Under the pieces are notes generated by a model. That model had not been told where the DNA came from. It worked only from the letters and a program-made list of their open reading frames with translations, and did not search any database. Below are positions 52,897 through 64,000 of a stretch of DNA of 64,000 nt, in pieces (position 1 is the first letter of the stretch; the number at the start of each line of letters is the position of its first letter). A program made the position numbers and the translations under genes. Source of the DNA: Octopus sinensis (taxonomy: Eukaryota); the NCBI RefSeq assembly GCF_006345805.1, contig NC_043008.1, positions 74,958,001 to 75,022,000 of the forward strand. The letters are read 5' to 3'.

Positions 52897-55207
52897 CATC
52901 ATCATCATCATCATCGATTAACGTCCGTTTTCCATGCTAGCACAGGTTGGACGGTTTGACCGGGATCTGGGAAGCCAGGAGGCTGTATCAAGCTCCAGTC
53001 TGATCTGGCTGTGTTTCTACAACTGTATGCCCTCCCTAACACTAACCACTCCGTGAGTGTAGTGGGTGCTTTTTACGTGCCACTGGCACATGTGCCAGGG
53101 GAGGCTGGCATTGGCAACGTTTGGATGGTGCTTTTTACGTGCCACCGGCACAGGTATCGTAACTGCAGTTTCCATTTGATATTTATTTTGATGTTGATGT
53201 ATTTGACTCAATAGTTCTCCTCAAGCACAGCAGGTCACTCTATGATCCAAGGTAAGCACAGCAGGTTATTCTGCAATCCAAGGTACTTTGGATGGGCTGG
53301 GGTTATGCGAAGCTGGTGCGGGAAGCAGCCATGAACTAACATTATTTGTCGGGTCTTTGCAGTAACAGCATATCTCCAGAGATCTCGTTTTTCCGTCATT
53401 ACCTCTGTGAGGCCCAACGTTCGAAGGTCATGCTTGACTACCCCATCCCATGTCTTCCTGGGTCTACCTTTTCCCCGGATACCTTCAACTGTTTGGGAGT
53501 GGCACTTCTTCACACATCTCTCCTCATCCATCCACAGTACATGACCATACCAGCACAAACGTCTCTGTTGCACACCACATCTGATGCTTCTTATGTCCAG
53601 CATTTCTCTCAGGGTGCTTACACTCTGTCATGTGTGCACACTGACATTACACATCCAGTGGATCATGCTAGTGTCATTTCTTTCAAGTCTACGCATGTCC
53701 TCTGCAGTCACAGCCCATGTTTCATTACCGTGAAGCATGGCTGTTCGCACACATGCATCATACAATCTACCTTTCACTCTGAGTGAGAGACACTTTGTCA
53801 CCAGTAGGGGTAGGAGCTTTCTAAGCTTTGCCCAGGCTATTTGTATTCTAGTGGTGACACTCTCTGAGCATCCACCTCCACTACTAACTTGGTCACCTAG
53901 GTAGCGGAAACTATCATCTACTTCTAGTTTCTTCCCCTGGAGTGTGATGGAATCTTTTTTCTGAGTATCTGTGGTGTCTATTGCCCCTGTACATCTGCCG
54001 CACATGAAAGCTATCTTCTCAGTTAATTTTCCTTTGATGTTGCTGCACCTCTTATGTGTCCATAGTTTACACTGGGTACATCTTATGGAGTTTCTACCTA
54101 CACCTTTTCTACAGATTGAGCAGGGCCACCTGCTCGAGGGTGTGTGTGATGCGTTTGCCTTTCTGCTTACTATAACTTTGGTCTTTGCTACATTTACTCT
54201 AAGGCCCTTTGATTCTAAACCTAGCTTCCACACCTGAAATTTCTTTTCTAGTTCCGGTAGTGATTCTGCTATGAGGGCCAGGTCATCAGCATAGAGGAGC
54301 TCCCAGGGGCAACCCATCTTGAATTCCTCTGTTATTGCCTGGAGGACTATGATGAATAGAAGAGGACTAAGGGCTGAACCTTGGTGGACCCCTACTTCTA
54401 CCCAGAATTCTTCACTATACTTATTGCCAATCCTAACCTTACTAACAGCCTCTCTGTATAGGGCTTGTACAGCCCTTATCAACCATTTGTCAATCTCCAG
54501 TTTCCGCATTGCCCACCAGATAAGGGATCGGAGGACCCTATCAAAGGTTTTCTCCAAGTCCACAAAAGCTAAGTAGAGGGGTTTATCTTTAGTTAGGTAT
54601 TTCTCCTGCAGTTGTTGAACCAGGAATATGGCATCAGTGGTGCTTCTACCCAGAACAAAACCAAACTGCATCTCATCTCAGCAGACTCTCTCCTTAATGA
54701 GATGGACTATGACCCTCTCTGTGACCTTCATCACCTGATCCAGCAGTTTAATACCCCTGTAGTTATTCCTATCTAGAGCATCACCTTTACCCTTGTAGCA
54801 GTTGACTATGGTGCTGCTATGCCAGTCATTGGGTATGACTCCGTTATGTACTACCTGGTTTACAATGCGGGTGACTAAGCCATAGCCCACACCACCAGAT
54901 GCTTTAAGCATCTCAGCAGTGATTCCTGATGGGCTAGGGGCTTTTCCAGGCTTCATATCCTTAATTGCTTTATCTACTAGCGAGCTGTCTCTTGGGATAG
55001 CTGGTCTCTCTACTGGGTCAACGTTTCGATGGCTCTCCTCCTCCCATTCATTCTCCACATTCAGCAGTCTTTCATAATGGCTTCTCCAAGCCTCTTTCTT
55101 TTCAGAATCACTAAAAGCAAGTGCACCATCATCCATTCGAACACATTTCTCTCCTGTGACATCACAATTTTCTCTCACACACTGTCTTGCAATCCGAAAT
55201 ACCTCAA
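52897..55207 (-). mobile_element. 5'-truncated RTE-clade LINE; reverse transcriptase nearly intact (two in-frame stops) with an inserted PHD-like Cys/His finger
   Basis: ORFs 54678-55178, 53628-54671 and 53235-53603 share one frame: KAPSPSG, NYRGIKLL, QFGF..GRSTTDAIF, FVDLEKTFD, GVHQGSALSPLLF, LLYADD, FRYLG, WYGHV; (GAT)n tail. Confidence 0.95.
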
Positions 55208-56229
55208 GGCTTAGAAAAACTAAAAGGCCACTGCAATAAGTGTGTGAATCTGAAATTAAATTATAATTAGCTGATCACCTGTATTTTCTTTTACTCAAAA
55301 CCAGGATCTTTTCAGCACCCACTCATATACCTGATGCATTTTAAATTGGGTAGGTGTAGCATGAGCTGTATTGAAACTGGGTTGTTGTGGTGTATGCTGG
55401 TATTAAAACAACTATACCTATATTTACACTTAGGTAGCTCTAGTGTAGTGTATTTATTTGTAAGTCATGTTGATATCACAGTGGACTGGTAATTCATAAG
55501 TCATTGGTTCAAATCTATCACTAGTATTTCTTTACAAGTTTCTGCTGCACAGGTGATTGTAGATTAGTTCACCTGGATGTCAAATTAATTCTACAGTTAT
55601 TTAGAAGTATTGTGATAGAAAGGTGTCATATCCTTGGGCAGATCTGTCTCATTTAGTACTAGTTGAATTGGAATGTAATGCTGTCCCTTAATTATAATTA
55701 TGATCCAAGGAGACGCTTACTAATTAATATCCTATTTAATACTTAAATGCATCATTTCTAACCCAGTACTCCACCTTACCTAAAGTGTAAATGCTATAAC
55801 ATAATGACATATTTGTTCTGAGTTTCTGCTTGGTACATGGGTTTAATTCACCGAATGATGTGATTCATTTGGCTTCCTTAATGCCCTGAACCTGTTAATT
55901 ATGGACAAAGTTAACGACTTACTAAAGACTGGACACTGTTGGAGCTCTTTTGTCTTGAATAGAATCCTTGAAAAGAAAGCTTCTTGTAGCAACTTGATGA
56001 CCTTGGAAGATTTTAGTTATTCCTTCAGTCATTACACGTTTATCATTGTGGAAAGGACGAATGTGGCTAAAGCTCTGGTAATATCACAATCTTTTGATTT
56101 CAAACGAGTCATAATAAAGAACATCAAGAAATACGAAGACGCAAGTTAAAGTTGACTGCCATATTTATTTCATCAGCAATAGCAGATACAGAAAACTGGT
56201 ATAACAGGAATAATTCTGTTAATTAAAAT

Positions 56230-56560
56230 ACATTAGTTTCTCATACTTCTTAAAGATGAAGATGTACACAGAACATAGTGACAAGAATCTCTGCTGACAA
56301 TTCTCTCCTTGCTGGTAATGCATAATGGAATAAAACTGCTCTCATATTGAAGAACCAACCTTGCTCGTAAATAGCAGGGAAGGTTTTCCCTATATAGCTG
56401 ATGGTGGCATGCTTGGCTAGTCTGTCGTGTGATGGGGTGGACAGCCTGCATAAAGCTAGGACTCGACCATCACATGATGAGCCAAAATGTGGATGCTTTA
56501 AGATAAAGAACCAAACTGTGGGTACCTAAAGGTAAAGAGGCAAACTATGAACATGCTTTT
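56230..56560 (-). mobile_element. Very degraded CR1/Jockey-like LINE 3' fragment
   Basis: Only a weak SSFIP-type post-RT remnant. Confidence 0.3.
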
Positions 56561-57294
56561 GCTACACATAAATTAAATACTTTAAAAAATCTAAAATTGA
56601 AGACTCATAGTGATAAATGGGTTGAGAGATAAGGTATATTGTATGTGTGTTTGTTAATTGGTTCTGCAGTAAGATACTACATATTAAACTACATATGGTG
56701 TTTGTGTTTATTAATTGGCACAAAACTAAGTACAAAACTAAGGTACCAAGCTATTCAACTGCATATTGTAGAGCAGTAAGATACTAAGGTGTTAAACTGC
56801 ATAATTAATAAGAAGGTAAGTTACCCAGCTGTTAAACTCTGTTTTGTATCTATGTTTACTAATTGGTACTAAGTAAGTACAGAAATGTTAAATTACATGA
56901 TGTATTTATTTGCGTTTGGTTATCACTTTCATCATTAGGGAAAGCACTTTAGAGTTAATCCAACTGTGGCCATCATAACTTAGAGAAGGAAGTACTTTAC
57001 CAGACTGATGCTATCACAATTCATTGTATAAGGGTGAAATGTTCAATGGTGGATTATGGCAACAAACAACGTTACATACGGATTGCTCTGTTGGGGATTG
57101 AACCTGCAATAATGTGTGTCTCACAAAATGTTTACAAAAAACCCTTTTGTTTGATTAAGCACTAAACACCTGATCCACTTCATTGAAATTAATTTTCTTA
57201 TGTATGCGGATCTCAAAATGAAATGCTAGAGGTTGGATGTAAAAGCTCTAGACATAGAGGTTTAACATTGTGTGTGTGTGTGTGTGTGTGTGAG

Positions 57295-57331
<37 letters not shown>

Positions 57332-57989
57332 ACACACACACTATTTAGAGTCATACCTGCGCACATACCTGCACATACACCTGACGAAAATTGAGGATTC
57401 AAGGCTATGAAACAAAGAAAATTTATGGTGCAAGGGACGCTACTCTTATTTACTAAGAAACCTGTCAATAGATTGATATTGTGAAATGCTTCCTACTTGT
57501 TGCTGTCCATATTGTCTGTGTGTCTGCAAGTTACTCCTACCACTTTTGTCACTCTCTTCCACCCTCCCTTATCAATCAATCAATTTATACCCCAACGTTC
57601 TATTTTTTATATACTTCTGTAAATTTTATTGCTTTCTTCTTTAATACCTATAATGCCTCTTGTCTACATACTTCTGATCACCGGCTGTCCACTACCACCA
57701 CCGCTTCTTCCAGTCATTCAATATTGTCTTTACTGACTATATTCTCCTACTACTGCAATATCCTCTGCTGCTATGAACTCGTTAATTGTATACACCCTCA
57801 ATCTCACTTTTCTCAGCTGGTCTCTCATAATATGTTACCACCCTTATCACAAGCCTAACGCAGAACCCTTTTCTCTAATTTTCCCTCCCCACTTCAGTAT
57901 CCCAATGAGATTTCATCACTGTCCATAGTTTTCCTCTGAAGGTCAACTTAGAGATGTTTACCCTAAACATATGGATGATCTTCAACTAT

Positions 57990-58384
57990 TACTCTTACTC
58001 TTTTACTCTTTTACTTGTTTCAGTCATTTGACTGCGGCCATGCTGGAGCACTGCCTTTAGTCGAGCAAATCGACCCCGGGACTTATTCTTTGTAAGCCCA
58101 GTACTTATTCTATCGGTCTCTTTTGCCGAACCGCTAAGTAACGGGGACGTAAACACACCAGCATCGGTTGTCAAGCAATGCTAGAGGGACAAACACACAT
58201 ACATATATATATACATATATACGACAGGCTTCTTTCAGTTTCCGTCTACCAAATCCACTCACAAGGCATTGGTCGGCCCGGGGCTATAGCAGAAGACACT
58301 TGCTCAAGATGCCATGCAGTGGGACTGAACCCAGAACCATGTGGTTGGTTAGCAAGCTACTTACCACACAGCCACTCCTGTGCC
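57990..58384 (-). mobile_element. SINE family A, young-looking copy
   Basis: ttttactcttttacttgtttcagtcatttgactgcggcc...ccacacagccactcctgtgcc. Confidence 0.92.
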
Positions 58385-58619
58385 ACTTTGTTTGGATTTA
58401 TGGTACAGAGACATTGTGATTACATTGTTGACAACAAGGTTCAGACACACCTTTATAACATTGATGACAGAGTACAAGAGACACCTTGAGGCATTCTTGG
58501 CAGGGTAGAGAGATACCCTTATAGAATTATAGAAGAGAGAGAGAGAGAGAGAGACTATGATAATATTTATGATAGAGTTAAGAGATACTGTTTAAATTGA
58601 TGACTACACCATCTTGATC

Positions 58620-58665
<46 letters not shown>

Positions 58666-58801
58666 TATACATATCATCATCATCATCATCAATTAGCATC
58701 CATTTTCCATGCTGGCATGGGTTAGACAGTTTGATTGGAACCAGTAAGCTGGAGAGCTGATTTTGACTTGGTTTCTATGATTGGATGCCCTTCCTAATGT
58801 C

Positions 58802-59059
58802 AACCACCCCAACAGAGTAGTACATGCCTTTCATGTGTCATGAGCATGAGTGCATTTATGTGTCACTGGTCTGGGTACTTCTACATGTCACCAGCATGGA
58901 TGCTTTTATGTGTCTCTAGTGCAGGTGCTTTTACATGTCACTGGCACTTGCCAAATGTGTATTATATATGTGTGTGTGTATTTATACACGTGTGTGTGTA
59001 CATATATATGTATATATATATATATGTGTATATGTATATATATGTGTGTGTATATGTAT

Positions 59060-59109
<50 letters not shown>

Positions 59110-59431
59110 CATACATATACACATATATATATATATACACATATATATATATACATATACACACACATATATATACATATACACATATATATATATATAC
59201 ATATATATGTACACACACACGTGTATAAATACACACACACATATATAATACACATTTGGCAAGTGCCAGTGACATGTAAAAGCACCTGCACTAGAGACAC
59301 ATAAAAGCATCCATGCTGGTGACATGTAGAAGCCTCTGTGCTGATGACACATAGAAGTACCCAGACCAGTGACACATAAATGCACTCATGCTCATGACAC
59401 ATGAAAGGCATGTACTACTCTGTTGGGGTGG

Positions 59432-59433
<2 letters not shown>
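58802..59433. repeat. Long near-perfect inverted duplication (arms ~58802-59070 and ~59141-59433) with (TA)-rich spacer
   Basis: The arms appear to be exact reverse complements apart from a 25-bp unit (cctctgtgctgatgacacatagaag) present only in the right arm. Confidence 0.93.
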
Positions 59434-59483
<50 letters not shown>

Positions 59484-59897
59484 ATAGGCACAGGAATGGC
59501 TGTGTGGTAAGTAGCTTGCTTACAAACCACATGGTTCCGGGTTCAGTCCCACTGCGTGGCACCTTGGGCAAGTGTCTTCAACTATAGCCTCGGGCCGACC
59601 AAAGCCTTGTGAGTGGATTTGGTAGACGGAAACTGAAAGAAGCCCGTCGTATATATGTATATATATATATATATATATATTGGAAGGTTTGGAGATGATG
59701 TACAGGTATTATATATTAGAAGAAATGAGGTACTCAGAAAATTGGATAGTTTATATTTACAGATATTTATTTGTATATTACATTTTTTATATATATCATA
59801 TAACCTAGATCATGTATTAGCGCTTTCTCCCATTCTAGTGGGGTTTTCAAATCAAACTAAGTTCCTGTGTGAGGAGTTTTGACTATTTTGACTATTT

Positions 59898-59928
<31 letters not shown>

Positions 59929-60142
59929 ATATGTTTGTGTGTCTGTGATTGTCCTCCCAACATCACTTGACAACCGATGCTGGTGTGTTTACGTCGCTGT
60001 CACTTAGCAGTTCAGCAAAAGAGACCGACAGAATAAGTACTGGGCTTACAAAGAATAAGTCCCGGGGTCGATTTGCTCGACTAAAGGCGGTGCTCCAGCA
60101 TGGCCACAATCAAATGACTGAAACAAGTAAAAGAGTAAAGAG
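59484..60142 (+). mobile_element. SINE family A split by a ~220-bp insertion in its internal microsatellite
   Basis: Head 59484-59660, unrelated AT-rich insert ~59690-59905, body and tail 59935-60142, then (TATG)n. Confidence 0.88.
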
Positions 60143-60176
<34 letters not shown>

Positions 60177-60585
60177 TGTATGTATGTATGTATGTATGTA
60201 TGTATGTATGGATGGATGTATGAGTGGATGTATGAATGTATGTATATATAGCTTTACCCAAGAAGATTTTAAGAGTTTGGTGTCAGAGTTGAATGAAAAT
60301 CTTCATTACTATTATTTGTAAAATAATTAACAACTCTCACTTTAAAATCATCTGGTTTCGTGTTCCATCCCACAGCATGGAACCCTGGATAAATGTCTTC
60401 TACCATAGCTCCAAACCAACCAATGCCTTGTTAGTGTACTATCAAGTTGAGGTGTGTGGAAGCTCTTATGTGTATATATATATGATGATCCGGTTCTTGA
60501 CTGAAGATTAAAGGCTTCAAACAACCCGTCCGTGTTTTTTGTATCGTCAATTTGGATATTTTGCGTTCTTGTCCCAATTGTATGT

Positions 60586-60615
<30 letters not shown>

Positions 60616-60617
<2 letters not shown>

Positions 60618-63223
60618 GAGGTGGGCACTGTTAACTGGAAAGCTAACCTTGTTAATCGTTAATTCGTTAACCAAGAGTTAATTTTGTTAATTCTTTGAAA
60701 ATGTAGCGGAAGTTAACATTAATACATGAACTTGTATTGACAAAAGGTATAACTACAGTTTAATACCTCACCAGCTATGTTGCCTCATAACTTCCAGAAA
60801 AATGGATACGTTTTAATGAAACTTTCACCAAATAATCGCTTATATCCGGTAGATTGAGTATAGTTAAAGATTTGTTGGAAAAAGTTTTTCGAGAGGTTGG
60901 GGACAGGAGTTTCAGAAAATTCATAGGACCCAACATTATCTCCCTCATAACTTCCTGGAAAATAGGTATTTTTTAATGAAATTTTATACAAATATCTTTC
61001 AAATAATGTTAATTATGATTAAAAAGAAATTTGTTGGTAAAATTTTTGGAAGGGGGCTTCGGAGATGAAGGAGTTTCTGGAAAATGGACTTTTATATCAA
61101 ATGGCCCACATAAGTTGGAATTTCTGCGTTTGAATGGGGATTTTTTCCAATGTTTTTCACCAAAGTCTTCAGAATGATGGGAAGCATCTCTCCATGAAGA
61201 AAAACAGAAAACATTTTGAAAAGTTATTTTTTTTCACTTCTGTCACCCCCTCACCAGCCCAGTCTGAAACGATTTTGGCCATTTTTTTTTTATTACACAC
61301 TTGAAACACATGAGAGAAACATTTTCAGCTTAAAAAAGAATTGTTTGTAATTTCAGAGGAAAATATGTGATTTAAAGGAGATCTGGCTGTTGTTTCTAGC
61401 ATATCCCCAAACCTCTCTTTTTATTTCTTTCTCACTCATGCATCTATTGATATTTTTCAATATTGTTCTCCCTGTTAACAAATTTTATGAAATGATTATA
61501 TCAAAGTAATACATGTATAGTCCCAACCAAGCGAGGCCATGTTATGTGTGTGTGTAAGAAAAAGAACAACCTAAAAACATATTTGTTCATGTTATTTTGA
61601 ATTATTCAGGTTCAAGAGGGGTGTCTACATTATTTGCTAGTAACTTGGTAAATTTTTTACACACTGATTTGAAATTTTGTCAGTAAGTGCTTTATATACC
61701 CCTGGTTTATAGTTATGTAATTTTAGCTGATTTTGCTGAGTAAATTTGACTTTTATAGGCAGGTAAATTTAATCAACAGGTGTAAAAGCAGTAACATTAT
61801 GGATAAACACTAAAATTGAAATTCTTAATGCATCTTACCTGTTTGATTTGTTACGAAAATTATCCCAGATGGCAACTGATAAAAATTTTGCCACTTTTCA
61901 ATATGGGGTACATTAATTTGAATTAATTAAAATACAGGTATAATTGGTACAAGATTTTATTCTTTCAGTAGATATTTCATACCGTCGTGTGGAATAATTT
62001 TTTCCCACAGTTTTTTTTTTGGGTGCATTCAACATATCTGACCATCAAACCTGCCGTAAACTACATTTTTCCAGGAAAGAATGATGGGATGGGTGGTGGG
62101 GACCTCGAAGTTTCCCACCAAGTGAGTTTTGTTTCGTGGATCTTTTTTTCTTAGTTATTTTGCATGCTTTCAATGAATGTGACATTGAAATCATGTGTAA
62201 AAGCCTCCTTTTTCCAGAAAAGGAAAGACTGGGCTGCTATTTCTAGCATGCCCTACTACCATGTAAGAGCTATATGCATTCACACTGAAATATTTACCAA
62301 CTTTTTTCCTTCCATTTATTTTTTCCACCTTATGGAAATCAGTATTTTCTCTCTTGACATCCCCATCAGTTAATTTTGCTTTTCTCCCAGTTCTATGGTT
62401 TCTGGAAGAAAAGCCCTCACATTATCTCAAAGCTATGTGAATTCACTAACGTGATTTGTTTATTTCCTTAAAAGATTTTGCAGAGGAATTAGAAACAACG
62501 GGTTTTGGCTGGTGTAAACTCTAAAGGGTTAAAAGGTGCCAAAACTATAAAATCAGCTTTTTGGGGCTTTTTCAGGGCTTTAGAACTCTTTTTGCTTTAG
62601 AGTTAAAAAATGCTACTTCATATGTTGCTGGCTACTATAGTTGTCTGCCTCATTACCGTTGTGAATAATTATTCACATTGTGGTGGTCAAGATTCTCTCT
62701 GATTTCTCACTTACAGAGCATTTATGATAATTGCATTCTTGCTAGAATGATGGATATATCATTAAATGCATAGCTTATCCTAATGTGGTCATTTGCTGTC
62801 CATTTGAATTCTCCGTGACACTGCGAGGTCATATATCAAGTGGAAACACATGAATCACTTTTCTCTTGACAGAACAAAGAAATTTCTCACTTTCTTTGCA
62901 AGCAACAAGCAGAGGAATCTGGTTTCAAATCCAGGCAGGGCCAAACAAGGTTCTACAAATTATTTATAATAATAAATGGCATTTTATCAGAGTTGAAAGA
63001 ATGACGAATACAATATCAAATATGCTAAGACAATCTGAAAATAATAGAAACTTTTAAATGTTTACCAGTTTTCATGAAAATTTTGGGTTAATGGACTTGA
63101 GTTTATGGAAGTTAATTAGTCTGATAATGATTTTGAAAGTTTACTTAAAAGTTAAATCATTAACGAAAATGCTAACTTTGTTAACTAACGATTAACAGAT
63201 TAATGAACTTATGCCCAGCTCTG
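60616..63223. mobile_element. ~2.6-kb non-autonomous hAT-like DNA transposon
   Basis: TIRs CAGAGGTGGGCA / TGCCCAGCTCTG (11/12 match); GTTAAC/GTTAAT subterminal repeats at both ends; flanking 8-mers tatatgta / tatatata; no intact transposase seen. Confidence 0.7.
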
Positions 63224-63484
63224 TATATATATGTATATACACACATATAATATACATGTGTGTATGTGTGTTTGCATCCCCATAATTTAGTGCTTTCATC
63301 AATAGAAACCAATAAAATAAGAACCTGACTTTCATAAATAAGTATTGCTGTCAATTTATTTGACTGAATCCTTAAAAGTTGTGCCCCAGGATGACCACAG
63401 TTCAATGTGTGAGAGGTAAAGGATAGAAAATTATTAATGACGTCAGCCTTATCTATAATTAGGCAAAGCATTCATTACTGAATA

Positions 63485-63780
63485 TAACAGTGGTTAGAGT
63501 GTTGGGCTCACAATCACGAAGTAGTGAGTTTGATTGCTGGACACTTTATTTCATGTTGCTCCAGTTCACCTGTAGAAATGAGTTGGGATGTCACCTGTGC
63601 CAAGCTGTATCAGCCTTTGCCTTTTCCTTGAACAACATTGGTGCCATAGAAAGGGGAGGCTGGTATGCATGGGTGACTGCTGGTCTTCCATAAACAACCT
63701 TACCCAGACTTGTGCCTCAGAGGAGAATTTTCTAAGTGCAATCGCATGGCCACTCATGACTGAAGGGGTCTTTACCCTTA
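63485..63780 (+). mobile_element. tRNA-derived SINE, family D
   Basis: gtggttagagtgttgggctcacaatc...gagtttgattgctgg head; tail ctaagtgcaatcgcatggccactcatgactgaagggg. Confidence 0.65.
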
Positions 63781-64000
63781 TCTCATGCCCCATATATAAT
63801 ATGGTGCTTGATAACCTCCGGTATTTTATAATGTGTGTCTGTATTTCTGTATTTCATTAAGGAGAGGCAGAATTCCTGACTGTTTGTATGTAGAGTCTCC
63901 GAGAGTTGTTGGATAAATATGTGAGCCATAGGTGGTGAAGACAGAGAGAGAGAGGGAGAGAAAGAATTCAAAAAAAGTTAGGGAGAGTTGACGATGTTTT

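Noticed and set aside
62873-63057. Candidate next exon (good acceptor, open in phase 1)
   Set aside because: Lies inside the hAT-like element, the peptide does not continue the coiled coil, and no strong donor was found.

Overview
AT-rich, repeat-dense animal genomic DNA, very probably Octopus (inferred from the tRNA-derived SINE families, the RTE LINE with a (GAT)n tail and the microsatellite density). One multi-exon protein-coding gene on the + strand can be reconstructed with canonical AG/GT sites and consistent phases: coding exons 13632-13680, 19929-19964, 20810-20915, 23343-24474, 34885-35122 and 52433-52489 (about 539 codons, no stop, so it appears to continue beyond the window). It encodes an N-terminal C2 domain resembling class I Rab11-FIPs, then an IPT/TIG domain resembling the Ral-binding N-terminus of Sec5/EXOC2, a Ser/Pro/Asn-rich linker and the start of a coiled coil. 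I do not recognise this architecture as a named gene. The start-codon exon carries a cluster of upstream ATGs, including a 53-aa overlapping ORF with two CxxC motifs. The rest is transposon debris and simple repeats: RTE, CR1/L2-like and RLE-type (HERO-like, R4/Dong-like) LINE fragments; Penelope-like pieces (one bracketed by 56-bp inverted repeats, others with hammerhead-like cores); three mariner remnants; a Helitron; hAT-like and piggyBac-like non-autonomous elements; many SINEs; and a near-perfect ~270-bp-arm intronic inverted duplication. All family assignments are from motif recognition by eye; no database searches were run.
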